In this document: positions 8,248 through 18,500 of the stretch, piece after piece | How the letters are laid out: the number at the start of each line of letters is the position of its first letter | How positions within the stretch are numbered: the stretch's first letter is position 1 | Origin: an uncultured Chthonomonas sp. | GTDB taxonomy: Bacteria > Armatimonadota > Chthonomonadetes > Chthonomonadales > CAJBBX01 | Direction of reading: 5' to 3' | Length of the DNA stretch: 64,000 bases | Assembly: GCA_903951425.1 (NCBI GenBank) | Contig: CAJBBX010000118.1 | Span: 7,702-71,701, forward strand | Notes under the pieces: model-generated | Told to the model about the DNA's origin: nothing | The model's input: the letters and a program-made list of their open reading frames with translations, nothing else | The model's database searches: none | Program-made: the position numbers and the translations under genes

Positions 8248-10934
8248 CGGGCAAATGCCTGTAGCTCGGCCACACCCATCTGGCCGCCCTCCTGGTTCTC
8301 GCCGTCCGGCTTGATCCCGCGCACGCGGATCTTGGTCGCCGCTACCGGGGCGAACTTGTGCTCCCGCCAGGCGTCGGCCGCGCCTGCGCCGTCGGCCACG
8401 GTCACCCATTCGCCGGCCTCGGTGAGGAGGGCCAGCTGGTAGTGCGTCGCCCAGGTGCGGGCGAAGAGGACCTTCAGCCGACCCAACGTCGTCGGTCTCT
8501 GCAGGTCGACCTCCAGCGTCCAGGCCCATTCGTACGCGCCCTGCGCCGCGGTGCCCGCGCATGCGTCGACGGCGTTGGAGGCCCAGGCGGTGCCGCTGCT
8601 GGGAACCAGTTCCTTGCTGCCGTCCAGGCTCAGGAGACGGGCGGGCTTGCCCTCGGCCAGGTTGCCGGGGGCCTTCAGGTCGGCGGGAAGCTCCGCAGGG
8701 ACCGGGGCCTGCCGGGCCCGCGGCATGGCTCGGGCCAGATCAACCTGGAAGATCGTGGAGACCGCATCGGCCGTCACGCCGCGTGTGTCGATGGTCAGCG
8801 TGGCGCCCTCTTGCCGGAAGGGCACGGCGCGGCCGGCGTTCAGCCAGGTCACGCGCTCCACGTGCATGGGGAAGGGCCCGGCGGAGAGCTTCTCGGCGGG
8901 GAGGCCGGTCTTTCTCCGCTCAGTCTTCAGCGCGTGGAGGTAGACGCGGCGCGGGTTGGAGGCCGACACCATGGCGTAGCCCCAGGCGGCGGGCTTCAGG
9001 GCGGCGGGGTCCACGTCGGTATAGGAGGGCGTGAGCGGCGGGCGGCCCTCCGGCGCGGCCCAGTCGGCCATGCTCCGATGCGCGTCGAGGAGGTGCGAGG
9101 TCGCGTAGGAGGTGGTGGTCTCCTTGTCGGTATTGGGGAACGCTCCGGTCTGCGGGCTGTGGTCCAGGTTGGCGATGCGCCCCTCTCCGACCAGCGAGAT
9201 GGTGAGGCGCAGGTAGTCCTGCCAGTCGGGCAGCAGGTCTCGGCGGCCGTTGTAGGGCCAGAGCATCACCCGCCAGGTCTCCAATGCGTGGCGCTTCGGC
9301 CAGGTGTCCAGCACGCGCTGAAGGATCGGGTCCAGCGTGCCCGGCCAGCGCCCCCAGCGCTTCTCGGGGACGAAGGAGTAGTCCTCCACGCAGCAGATGT
9401 CCCAGTCGCCGTGGGTGGGGCGGTCGAAGCCGTTCACGACGATCACCGTGTCCGGCAGCAGCGTGCGCATCATGCTGTAGACGGCGTCCAACGAGCTGTG
9501 GTCGATGGCGAGCCAGTCGAACCAGATCGCCGCGGGCTTGAAGCGCTTGCAGACATCCTCAAGCATGAGGATCACCTGCTCGTAGCTGAACTGCGGGGCG
9601 GCGAACGTGTTGCCGATGTAGATGCCGAACTTGAGCCCCTCGGCCTCCAGCGCCTCCTTGACGCGCCCCAGTGTGGCGGCGCCCTCGGCGTTCGGCTCGA
9701 AGCGCGACGGCCACCGGAAGACCCAGTCGCCGTTGCCGTAGCTGATGGGGAAGCCGGTGGTGTAGCCCTGGCGCTTCATCAGCTTGGCCAACCGGGGCCA
9801 GTCGGCCGGGGCGAACCGCTCGGGCGCGTGGATCAGGCCGTGGAGCCGGGCGCGCTCGTACCATCGGTTGGGCCGCTCGCGCACCGTCATCTGGAGCGCG
9901 CCCTTGGCGCGGCTTCCGGCGGCGTCGGTCACGCGGAGCGTGAAGGCGTGTTTGCCCAGACGGGCGACGCTCGCGACGGTCCCGCTGATGCCGCCTGTGG
10001 GCTCCAGCACTAGTCCTGCGGGCAGCTTGCCTGCGGCCAGGCTCCAGCGGTAGGGCGGCTTGCCTCCGGCGGCCTGGAGCGTGTAGCCCGACGCCTGCAG
10101 CGTCAGGTTCAGGCGCTGACGGGTCTCCGGCGTCCGGGCGGCAAGCTTGGCGACCAGCGGGTGGTCGGCCTTGACGTAGGGCCACTCGCGGAACGCGACC
10201 GGCAGTCGCTCGGCGCACCCCTCCATCCGCGAGGAAGCCACCGCCAGGGGGCCGTCCGGCGATGCGGCGCTGACGAGGCCGGGCAGGGCATCGCCCTTCT
10301 CGTCGCAAAGGCGGGCATAGAAGCCGAGCATCCCCTCCTCGCGGTTGCCGACCTTCAGCAGGAGGAGGTTCCAGCCCCGGCGCACGTTCACGGGCATGGC
10401 CGACGTGTCCTTGCCCGCGTTGTCGCGCTGGATGCGGAACCAGCCGTCCGGGAAGCCCTGCGGCATGGGCGGCGGGTCGGTGACGCGCTGCGGGTTTCCC
10501 ACATCGGAGCCGCCGACGGGCGCGCCGTTCCAGAAGGCGCGGAACATGCTGTCGGCGCCCACGCGGAGGGTGGCCGTGCGGGCGGCGGGTGACCATATCC
10601 AGTTGGCCGCGTAGACGGCGACGCCTGCGGCGGACTTGCCGAGCAGGGCGCGGTAGTAGCTGAAGAGGTCGACGTAGTCGTCGTAGTTCCGGGAGAAGCA
10701 GCGGTCATCGAACGGCGTCCAGCCGGCCCCCGCCGTCACGGCGCCGGGCTTGGGCCTGGCAGCCTCGACCTTGAAGGGGTGCTCGTCCATCCGAGTGCCG
10801 GCCGTGTTGGCGAACGTGCCCAGCACCAGCCACTGGTTCAGGAACGGGGCCGTGCCGTCAACGCGGGTGCTCGGAGCGGGAAGCGCCCAGAGGCTGAGGC
10901 CGGCGGCGGCCGAGGCGATGACTTCGAGCGACAT
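8244..10934 (-). CDS. Multidomain glycosidase-like protein: N-terminal jelly-roll, Ig-like (dystroglycan/cadherin-type) domain, GH29-like (alpha-L-fucosidase-like) catalytic region, C-terminal F5/8-type-C (discoidin) domain
   Basis: Start ATG at 10934 is preceded by GGGAGGAAAC. Ig-type repeat YTLQAAGGKPPYRWSLAAGKLPAGLVLEPTGGISG. GH29-like blocks GLKFGIYIGN and AIWFDWLAID. Discoidin-like tail ...HYQLALLTEAGEWVTV...ATKIRVRGIK...GVAELQAF. Confidence 0.6.
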   Translation of the reverse strand: MSLEVIASAAAGLSLWALPAPSTRVDGTAPFLNQWLVLGTFANTAGTRMDEHPFKVEAARPKPGAVTAGAGWTPFDDRCFSRNYDDYVDLFSYYRALLGKSAAGVAVYAANWIWSPAARTATLRVGADSMFRAFWNGAPVGGSDVGNPQRVTDPPPMPQGFPDGWFRIQRDNAGKDTSAMPVNVRRGWNLLLLKVGNREEGMLGFYARLCDEKGDALPGLVSAASPDGPLAVASSRMEGCAERLPVAFREWPYVKADHPLVAKLAARTPETRQRLNLTLQASGYTLQAAGGKPPYRWSLAAGKLPAGLVLEPTGGISGTVASVARLGKHAFTLRVTDAAGSRAKGALQMTVRERPNRWYERARLHGLIHAPERFAPADWPRLAKLMKRQGYTTGFPISYGNGDWVFRWPSRFEPNAEGAATLGRVKEALEAEGLKFGIYIGNTFAAPQFSYEQVILMLEDVCKRFKPAAIWFDWLAIDHSSLDAVYSMMRTLLPDTVIVVNGFDRPTHGDWDICCVEDYSFVPEKRWGRWPGTLDPILQRVLDTWPKRHALETWRVMLWPYNGRRDLLPDWQDYLRLTISLVGEGRIANLDHSPQTGAFPNTDKETTTSYATSHLLDAHRSMADWAAPEGRPPLTPSYTDVDPAALKPAAWGYAMVSASNPRRVYLHALKTERRKTGLPAEKLSAGPFPMHVERVTWLNAGRAVPFRQEGATLTIDTRGVTADAVSTIFQVDLARAMPRARQAPVPAELPADLKAPGNLAEGKPARLLSLDGSKELVPSSGTAWASNAVDACAGTAAQGAYEWAWTLEVDLQRPTTLGRLKVLFARTWATHYQLALLTEAGEWVTVADGAGAADAWREHKFAPVAATKIRVRGIKPDGENQEGGQMGVAELQAFAR

Positions 10935-11048
10935 GTTTCCTCCCATTGGGCGATGCACGGGCGCAGTGCCGTGACCTCCCACACTATACTGCCCACCCGG
11001 TAGAATGCGACGCGAACCACGGGCGCCCGTAGCGACGTATGCCATTGC

Positions 11049-11660
11049 ATGGCCACGACCCGGAACTGCCGAAACCTCACGCCCGCGCCTCGGGGCTTGC
11101 CTCGGGTGTGGCGGGTGGCGGCATGGTTGGCGACACTTGCCGCGCTGGCCTACTCCAGCGTACCCATGCCCGAGGCGACCTGGCTCCTGGCGCCCTCGCC
11201 AAACTGGGACCAACGTGCGGATGGCATGCGGCCGGACACGGTGGTGATCCACTCCACGGCTGCGTCCGGCCTCTGGCTCAATGTGCGCTACCTGCGGAAG
11301 CCTGAGTCGCAGGTCTCATCGCACTTCGTCATCGGGAAACATGGCCAGATCGTCCAGCTCGTGGGACTGGGGCGGCGGGCGTGGCACGCGGGCGTCTCGG
11401 AGATGGATGGGATGCGCGACGTGAACAGCCGCAGCATCGGTATCGAACTGGTGAACCTGAACGACGGGCGCGACCCATACCCCGAGGCGCAGGTGCGGAG
11501 CACCGCGGCGCTGATCCGGTGGATGCGGCAGATCTACGACATCCCGAATGAGAACATCGTAACGCACGCCGAGGTCGCCCGGCCGCTCGGCCGCAAGAAC
11601 GACCCCGTGGGCTTCAATATGCGCGCTCTGCGGCGCAGGAGCATGCCGACGGACGGGTGA
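11049..11660 (+). CDS. N-acetylmuramoyl-L-alanine amidase (Amidase_2 / AmpD-AmiD-PGRP fold), membrane-anchored or secreted
   Basis: PDTVVIHSTA, SSHFVIGKHGQIVQLV, AWHAGVS, SIGIELVN, THAEVA..GRKNDPVGF. N-terminal hydrophobic segment VAAWLATLAALAY. Confidence 0.85.
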   Translation: MATTRNCRNLTPAPRGLPRVWRVAAWLATLAALAYSSVPMPEATWLLAPSPNWDQRADGMRPDTVVIHSTAASGLWLNVRYLRKPESQVSSHFVIGKHGQIVQLVGLGRRAWHAGVSEMDGMRDVNSRSIGIELVNLNDGRDPYPEAQVRSTAALIRWMRQIYDIPNENIVTHAEVARPLGRKNDPVGFNMRALRRRSMPTDG

Positions 11661-11663
11661 AGG

Positions 11664-13154
11664 TCAGGCCTTGGGCAGGATCGTGCGCTGCTCGGACTGG
11701 ATCAGGCGCTTGAAGCGCGCCCGCAGCGCCGGATCGCCGTTCTCGACCATGTCGTGCGTGAGGACCACGGTCTTGAAGAGGCGCACGAACCTCAGGAGCC
11801 GTGACTGCTGGATCTCGGCATCCAGGCCCGCGCGTCCCGCGTCGGCGTTGGCCTTGAGCGCCTCCTCGATTGCCGCGTACCTGCCGGCTGCCCGCTCGGC
11901 GGGCATCGCCTTGAGCGCGTCGGCATAGGCGGCCTGAAAGCCGGCGCTGTTCCTGTCGGCCAGCGCGGGCCGGCCTTGCTTGAGGTCGTTGCCGGCCGCG
12001 CGTAGCGCCAGGACCAGCGACCGGAACCAGCGCCCGCCGCGGGCCATGCCTGCCGGCGATCGGGCATCCCGGTACCGGGCGAATGCAACCGTGCCGCGGT
12101 CGTCGCCGTCCAGCTTGAGCTGCGCCGACAACTCGGTCAGAGCTCCGGCCTGCGCCGGGGTGGCCCAGGCGAGCGCGTCGCGGTATGGGCGCGCCAGCAG
12201 GTCGGCGTCGAGCGCCGTCGTGTTCGCCCGCAGGAAGACGTCCGACGTGCAGACCGGCACGTCGATGGACTTGTCGTTGATCAGGGCGTAGCAGAAGGCC
12301 TCATCCATGCCCACGCGCCCGTCGCGGTTGGCGTCGGCGCCCGTGGTCCTGCGTCCGAGCCGGTCGATGCCGGTCAGCGCGGCGAAGAAGTAGGAGGTGA
12401 AGTCGTGGTAGTCGGCCTCATTCACCTCCGGCGTGCAGCCTGCGGCGGGCAGGTTGGGTAGCGATGCGAAGAATCCGGCGATGTCGCGCTCCAGCGGCGC
12501 GCCTTTGGGCTTCCCATCCTGGAAGAGGAGGTTGCCGAACGAGCCGGAGAAGCACTGGACCATGACGAGCGCCACGGGCTGCTTGGCCGGAAGTTGCGCG
12601 ACCTCGGCGGCCAGCTGCTGCACGGAGTAGCCCGTGCCGCCCCAGAGGTCGTATACGTTGTTGTCCAGGTTGCCGCCCTTGTCCATGCTGCCGTGACCGG
12701 TGAAGTAGAGCAGCAGCGGGCCGGACGAGGGCTTCTGGGCTCGTAGCTCCGCGAACGCCTTGGTGACCGCATCCGTGCTCGAGGGGCCATCGATCCGGCC
12801 GATCTCCGGCGCCCGGTACGTGGTGGAGGGAGCAGCCGAGGCGCCCGGGCCGTTCAGGAGCATCGTGAGCAGCTTCTCGTCGTCGGATGCGGGCGCGGCG
12901 GAGACCTCGGCCAGAACCGACTTGGCCTTGGCGTCGCCGTCGGCGTAGAGCACCGTGCGGGGCGCCTTGCGCGGCAGGAGCCTGTCCACGTAGCGAACGT
13001 TACTCTCGATCGACACCTGGTTGTGGGCCAGATCGGGTCCGCCTCCCACGATCAGGGCTCGGGAGACCATGGAGCGCGGGCCCGCGCCGGCAAGGCCCGC
13101 CGCCAGTGCCGCGAAGGTCCCAAACACCCAACGGGCGATCGATGCGGCTCTCAT
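11664..13154 (-). CDS. Secreted clan-CD cysteine peptidase, legumain (C13)-like, with long helical C-terminal region
   Basis: Start ATG at 13154 follows GCGAGGA. Signal MRAASIARWVFGTFAALAAGLAGA. Catalytic-dyad-like blocks LLLYFTGHGS (His-Gly) and VMVQCFSGSF (compare legumain ACESGS). An EF-hand/dockerin-like DANRDGRVGMDEAF is present. Confidence 0.6.
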   Translation of the reverse strand: MRAASIARWVFGTFAALAAGLAGAGPRSMVSRALIVGGGPDLAHNQVSIESNVRYVDRLLPRKAPRTVLYADGDAKAKSVLAEVSAAPASDDEKLLTMLLNGPGASAAPSTTYRAPEIGRIDGPSSTDAVTKAFAELRAQKPSSGPLLLYFTGHGSMDKGGNLDNNVYDLWGGTGYSVQQLAAEVAQLPAKQPVALVMVQCFSGSFGNLLFQDGKPKGAPLERDIAGFFASLPNLPAAGCTPEVNEADYHDFTSYFFAALTGIDRLGRRTTGADANRDGRVGMDEAFCYALINDKSIDVPVCTSDVFLRANTTALDADLLARPYRDALAWATPAQAGALTELSAQLKLDGDDRGTVAFARYRDARSPAGMARGGRWFRSLVLALRAAGNDLKQGRPALADRNSAGFQAAYADALKAMPAERAAGRYAAIEEALKANADAGRAGLDAEIQQSRLLRFVRLFKTVVLTHDMVENGDPALRARFKRLIQSEQRTILPKA

Positions 13155-13351
13155 GCCAATCCTCGCTTCACGGTTCCAGTCACTCGCTGCGCCCGGCACG
13201 CCTGTGCTCGGCGATGGCGGCGGCTACCGCCGCCTTGATGCCGGCATCGATGCGCCGGAACAGCTTGCCTCGCTCAAGATGACTCATGCGATGACCTCGG
13301 TGACACGGCGCCAGACTTCTGATAGTAGGAGCAATGCCCACTCCTGCCCCA

Positions 13352-15520
13352 TCACCGGCCGCCGCCCTTTGCGTCGCCCAGGCGGAAGCCGATTTCCGAT
13401 GCGGCGGGCTCGGGGTGCGTCAGGGGCAGCGCGTCCTCGGTCCACGAGAGACGATAGCGGGCCTGGCTTCCCACGGCCACGACGCGGACGGCGTGTGCGC
13501 CGGGGCGCAACCCGCGGAGGCTGACCGTGGCCTTCTCAGCAACCGTTGCGGCGACGGGCTTGCCGTCCAGCAGCACTCGGAACGACCGGGGTCGCTTCCC
13601 GACCCAGAGCCACTCCACCGTGAGCGCTTCTCCTGTGACGACCTGCCGGTTCAGCGGCCTGGCGATGGTCAGCACGGTGGTCGTCGGCACAGGCCGGCGG
13701 TAGAGGTCGACCAGCGCCCGGAGCAGGTTCAGGTAGTAGAAGCCCCATCCGCCCTCGCCGCGGTAGGCCGGCGTGGTGAGCGAAGTGGGCTCGATATCGT
13801 CGCTCAGCTCCGCGCTGTAGCTGTCCACGTAGACGTTGGGCTGGGCCACCGGCTTGCCCTCGAGCTGCCCCGCGAACTCCTGGAACTGGTGCACCTGCAG
13901 GAACCGGGGGCGGTGTTTCAGCGCCGCGCGCCAGTCCTCGACCAGGGTTGCGCCGTTGCGGTGGCCTCGGGCGTCCTTGCCGAGCCAGCCTGCGGCCCCG
14001 AAGCAGCCCACCGAGACGGTCATCCCTTCGGCGCGGCCGTCACGCATGGTGGGCTCCGGCGTCTGCGAGTCCATCCAGGACCAGAGGCCCAGGTCGTCGG
14101 TCTTGCTGATGTCCTGCTGCACGCCCATGAAGCGGATCGTGAACCGGTCGTCCAGCTTGAAGCCCTCCTTCAGGTAGCTCGCACCCAGGTCCAGCGAGAG
14201 TACCAGCGGCTTGCCGTCGAACTCCTGCCATAGGCCCTTGTACCGGGGCTCCTGCACCAACGTGTCCCAGATGTATGCCAACTGCCGGTTCACCACCACC
14301 GGCCCTTCGGGGCGCAGGTGCCCCACGCCGGTCAGCAGCGACATCCTGGGCACGGCGTAGCCCTCGGCGCGCATGCGGGCCATCTCGTCCAGCATGACGC
14401 GGGTCGCGTCGATCAGCTCCGCGACGCCTGCGCCGGGCGCCCACTCCCTGGCGAACCAGATGTTGTTGGACCAGTCGGCGATGATGCAGTCCACGCCGGA
14501 CTCGATGAACCAGATGAGGTGTTGCCGAGCCACCTCGGGCATGCGCGCGTCGTAGAAGCCCATGAGCGGCACGGCCTGGGCGGTCTGCCAGAAGGCGTTG
14601 AGCGGCGTGAACCACTGCTCCCACTGCATGGCGACCAGCCGGTCGGGGTCGGTGGGCGGGCGGTGCAGCGCACGGCGGAGGACCGTCACATTGACCGGCG
14701 CCGAGACGGCGGCATCCGACGGCAGCGGCGTGCCCGCGATGCGCTGGGCGGCGGCGATGCTGGGCCAGGGGCGCGGCATGGTGGCGCCCGCATCGGCTCG
14801 GCCGTAGGCGGTGGCCGCCTCGCCTCCGGCGCCGACCCGGGAGGGCCAACCCTCGGGCTTCGAGCCGAAGACCCGCCACTCGGTGTTGGTGACCACCTCT
14901 TTGCGGCCGGCGGCGGTGTCGGCCGAGAGGCGCACCAGGAGGCCGCAGGCGCCGCCACCGTTGGTGGCATCGACGGACAGGACGTTCTCGCCGACCCGGA
15001 ACAGGGCCGGGTCCAGCGCGATGGCGGCGTTGTTGCTCCAACCCACCTTCTCGCCCACCTTGGCGCCGTTCAGGTAGACGATCGCGCCGTCGTCCACCGC
15101 CAGCCATAGCGCGCCGCGCCTGGCCGGCTGATCGAGGCGGAAGATGCGCTGCAGGTAGATGGCCTCGGGCACGTTCTGGCGGTTCGACCAGATCCAGTAG
15201 TCGTCCGGCCCGCCCGGCTTGGGGCGGGCCTGAACCCGGATGGCGGCCTTGCCGGGGGTCGGCAGGGGGATGCGGAAGAGGGCGCAGCCCGCGGCGTCGG
15301 CGAACTCGTGCGGGCCCCAGCGCCTGTCGTTGACGTAGGGCAGCATCTCCCACCCGGCGGCGGGCTTGCCGTTCGCTTGCCTCGCCACTGCCGCGACGAC
15401 CACGGTGCGGCCCATGCCGATGCGCGGCTGGTCCACCTTGATCGTCACTGTGGGCGCCGGCGCACCCGATGGCACCAGGGAGAGCATGGCGGAGACGGCC
15501 GGCAACGCGGCCATGATCAT
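13352..15520 (-). CDS. Secreted glycoside-hydrolase-like protein (N-terminal beta-sandwich domains + TIM-barrel-like region + C-terminal Ig-like domain; family unassigned)
   Basis: The ATG overlaps the GH78 stop (ATGA at 15517-15520). Signal MIMAALPAVSAMLSLVP. A jelly-roll block LWLAVDDGAIVYLNGAKVGE is present. The barrel-like block is MGFYDARMPEVARQHLIWFIESGVDCIIADWSNNIW. Confidence 0.55.
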   Translation of the reverse strand: MIMAALPAVSAMLSLVPSGAPAPTVTIKVDQPRIGMGRTVVVAAVARQANGKPAAGWEMLPYVNDRRWGPHEFADAAGCALFRIPLPTPGKAAIRVQARPKPGGPDDYWIWSNRQNVPEAIYLQRIFRLDQPARRGALWLAVDDGAIVYLNGAKVGEKVGWSNNAAIALDPALFRVGENVLSVDATNGGGACGLLVRLSADTAAGRKEVVTNTEWRVFGSKPEGWPSRVGAGGEAATAYGRADAGATMPRPWPSIAAAQRIAGTPLPSDAAVSAPVNVTVLRRALHRPPTDPDRLVAMQWEQWFTPLNAFWQTAQAVPLMGFYDARMPEVARQHLIWFIESGVDCIIADWSNNIWFAREWAPGAGVAELIDATRVMLDEMARMRAEGYAVPRMSLLTGVGHLRPEGPVVVNRQLAYIWDTLVQEPRYKGLWQEFDGKPLVLSLDLGASYLKEGFKLDDRFTIRFMGVQQDISKTDDLGLWSWMDSQTPEPTMRDGRAEGMTVSVGCFGAAGWLGKDARGHRNGATLVEDWRAALKHRPRFLQVHQFQEFAGQLEGKPVAQPNVYVDSYSAELSDDIEPTSLTTPAYRGEGGWGFYYLNLLRALVDLYRRPVPTTTVLTIARPLNRQVVTGEALTVEWLWVGKRPRSFRVLLDGKPVAATVAEKATVSLRGLRPGAHAVRVVAVGSQARYRLSWTEDALPLTHPEPAASEIGFRLGDAKGGGR

Positions 15521-18500
15521 CGAACCCCTCCCGACCGTCCAACTGCGGCCTCGAACTTGTACGCGCCCGGCGCCAGCTCCAGTCGGACCGTGTCAGCGCC
15601 CTCGCCCAGCACCTTCACGCCGTGCGACTTGGCAATGGGCTCGCCGCCTTCGCTGAGGGTGTTCAGCGAGCGGCAGGGCACATAGGCCACCGCGGTGGAG
15701 CCGGGGGGCACCGTCACCGCCAGCGTGAACCGGTTCGGGTCCGCCTGCCAGGCCACGCTGATGATCCCGTACATGGATCGGTAGGAGCCCTTGGCCCGGC
15801 GAAGCGCACCAACGCGCGGGCGGATGGTGAAGCGCCGGAAGCCCGGCCCCTCGGCGCTGGGCGCGATGCCGAGGATCGCCTCCATCATCCACTGAGCCAC
15901 CAGGATGTAGCCGGGGTGGTTGTAGGAGTTCATGCCCGGGTCCTGGAAGGGGCCCTCGACGATGTGGGTCTCCCATGGATGAACGGCTTGCCACCGGAGC
16001 CGCTCCGCGGGCCCCTGCCGCTCGGGCGCGTAGCCGTCCCATCGCTCCCAGATGGCAGTGGCTCCGTTCCGCAGCATGTAGCCCCACGAGGGGCACTCCG
16101 GACCCGTCACCAGCCGAAGCGCCGTCTCGTGCCGTTCGGACCGGCTCAGCTCCTGCAAAAGCAGATGCGAGGTGATGTTGCCCGTGGTGAGCCTGCCGCC
16201 CGACCGAGCGATGGCGGCGTCGAGGTGCGCCACGGCCCGTGCGCGCAGACGGTCAGGCATGACGCCGAAGGCCAGCGCGATGGCGTAGCCGGCCTGCGTG
16301 TCGCCCTGCACGCGGCCTTCATCGTCGATGAACTCCCGCTCGAAGGCCTCGGCGAAGCGGCGGAAGAGATCCTGGAAGCGCTCGGCGTCCTCCTCCTCGC
16401 CCAGCGCGCGGGCTATGCGGGTGACGATGGAGACGGAGTGGGCGAAGCAGGCGGTGCCCATCACCTCCATGGGGATGGCGCACCCTTCGCGCTCCCAGCC
16501 CTCCATCAGCACCGTCTCGCCGTTGAGCCAGTCGCCGAAGGTGAAGCCGCGGCTGATGTAATCGGGGCAGACCTCCACCACGCGCTCCGCCCATCGCCGC
16601 GCGGCCGGGTAGTGCTGCTCCAGCAGGCGGCGGTCGCCGTAGGTCAGGTAGTGGGACCAGATCATCCAGATGCCCGACGCCTCGCCCCAGCCTGGGACGG
16701 CCTCCATCATCTTCAGGGCGTTGGGCGCCATGTTCGGGAAGCCGCCGTCGGCCAACTGCGCGGAGCGTATCTCGGCGGCCGCGCGGGTGGCGAACGCGGC
16801 CATGTCGGCGGCGTAGAACTCGGCCTGGTTGATGTCCGGGATAACCCAGGGCAGGCGCTCATCGCGGTCGCAGCAGTCGGTATGAACGCTTATGGTGTTG
16901 CTGCGGAGCGTGCGGTCCACAGCCTGCCAGAGCGTGTTCAGCGTGGGATCGGAACACTCGAACATGCCCGCGCCGGGAAGGTCCGTGCCGAAGGCGACGC
17001 CCACCGCCTCGGGCGCCGAGGCCGGGCCGGTGACCTCGGTGTAGCGCAGGCCGTGGTAGGTGAAGTGGGGCTCCAGCGTCTCGCCCTCGGCGTCGCCGCG
17101 GAGGGTGTAGCGGTCCGTCTGCAGCGCTCCGCGCAGGTCGGCGAAGTGGACGCGGCCGTCGGCGTCGAGCGCCTGCCCATGCCGCACCGTGACCACCGCG
17201 CCCGCAGCCCCGGCACACCGGAGGCGCACCCATCCGGCGAAGGACTCGCCGAAATCGAACACGAAGACGCCCGGCTCCGGCTCCGTGACGGCGACCGCCG
17301 GCAGCTCATTGCGCGCCCGGACGGGCTGGCACATCTCGGCCACGCGCTCGGGGTTCACTCCGGCATCGACCTGCGCGGGTTCCCATCCTGCCGCGTCGAA
17401 GCCGGGCTCGTCCCAGCCCGGCATGGATCTGCGGGCGTCGAAGGCCTCGCCGTCGTAGATGTCCGACGAGCGGATGGGCCCCTCCAGCGTGGTGTGCCAG
17501 CCCTCGTCGGTGGCGATCACCTGCCGGCTGCCGTCGGCCATCTCGACCTCCAGCTGGGCCAGCAGGCGCGGTTGCCGCCCGTAGATGCCCCGGAGGCGGC
17601 CCCGGAAGACCTGCGCCATGGCCACGCGGCCCGCGTACCAGCCGTCACCCGCGACGGCTCCAATGGCGTTGGCGCCGGGGCGCAGCAGGTCGGTCACGTC
17701 GAAGGTCTGGTACTGTACGCGCCGGTCGTAGTCGGTCCAGCCAGGCGCCAGCAGGTGGTCGCCCACCCGCGCGCCGTTTATGCGCATCTCGTAGAGGCCC
17801 AGCGCCGAGGCGGTGAGGGTGGCCCGGCGCACGTCGCCTTCGATGCCGAAGTCCCTGCGGAACATCGGCGCGGGGAGCGGCACCGCAGGGCCGGCCGGGT
17901 GGGGCCAAATGTCGCCGTCGGTGAGCCGGTCCGCCGACCAGGTCGCGTCCTCCAGCGGCTCCTGGGCGGTCACCAGTGCGCCGAGGGCGAGGTTCTCCTC
18001 GCCATCCAGCGCCTCCAGCTCGGCCAGGGCGAAGGCATAGCCGTCGGCGGCGCACTGCTGGAGCCGCGTCACGGTGAGGCGGACGTAGCGCGCCTCCACG
18101 CGGTCGAACCTTAGCGTCCAGGGCTGGCAACCCGGGTTCACCACGTCCTGCTCCGTGCATTCGATCACGGTGCTGCAGGGCTCGAACGACGGCTCCGACG
18201 CGACGTCGATGCGGAAGCGGGTCGGGAAGAGGTATCCCGGCGCGTCGGGGGGGATGATGTCGAACGGCCGTGCGCCGGTCAGCCGGACGCCGTCGATGGA
18301 CCGCTGCGCCTGCAGGTCGACCACCACGGAGCGCTCGCACTCGGCGGCCGGCGCGGGCAAGCAGCGATAGCCGTTGTGCGCGCGGCTGTCCGGCGGCGGC
18401 GGTACGGGGTTGCCGATCCAGTCGGCCTGCCAATCGGCGGGCTCGAGCAGGCCCATACTCCAGAAGCCCGGTCGGCTCCAGGGCGAGGGCAGGCCGTGGG

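Noticed and set aside
15622-18114. 830-aa plus-strand ORF, and similar long antisense ORFs. Examples: 2746..4206, 5021..6256, 8358..10013, 19019..20065, 20117..21154, 21553..22767, 31986..34022, 40336..41253, 42754..43635, 43801..44616, 44976..45929, 46733..47863, 50935..52044, 52392..53414, 53678..54826, 55172..56881, 56077..57171, 63090..63917
   Set aside because: All lie antisense or out of frame to genes with clear family motifs. They have Arg/Gly/Pro/Ala-dominated low-complexity composition and no recognisable motifs. Stop-poor alternative frames like these are expected in DNA of about 70% GC.
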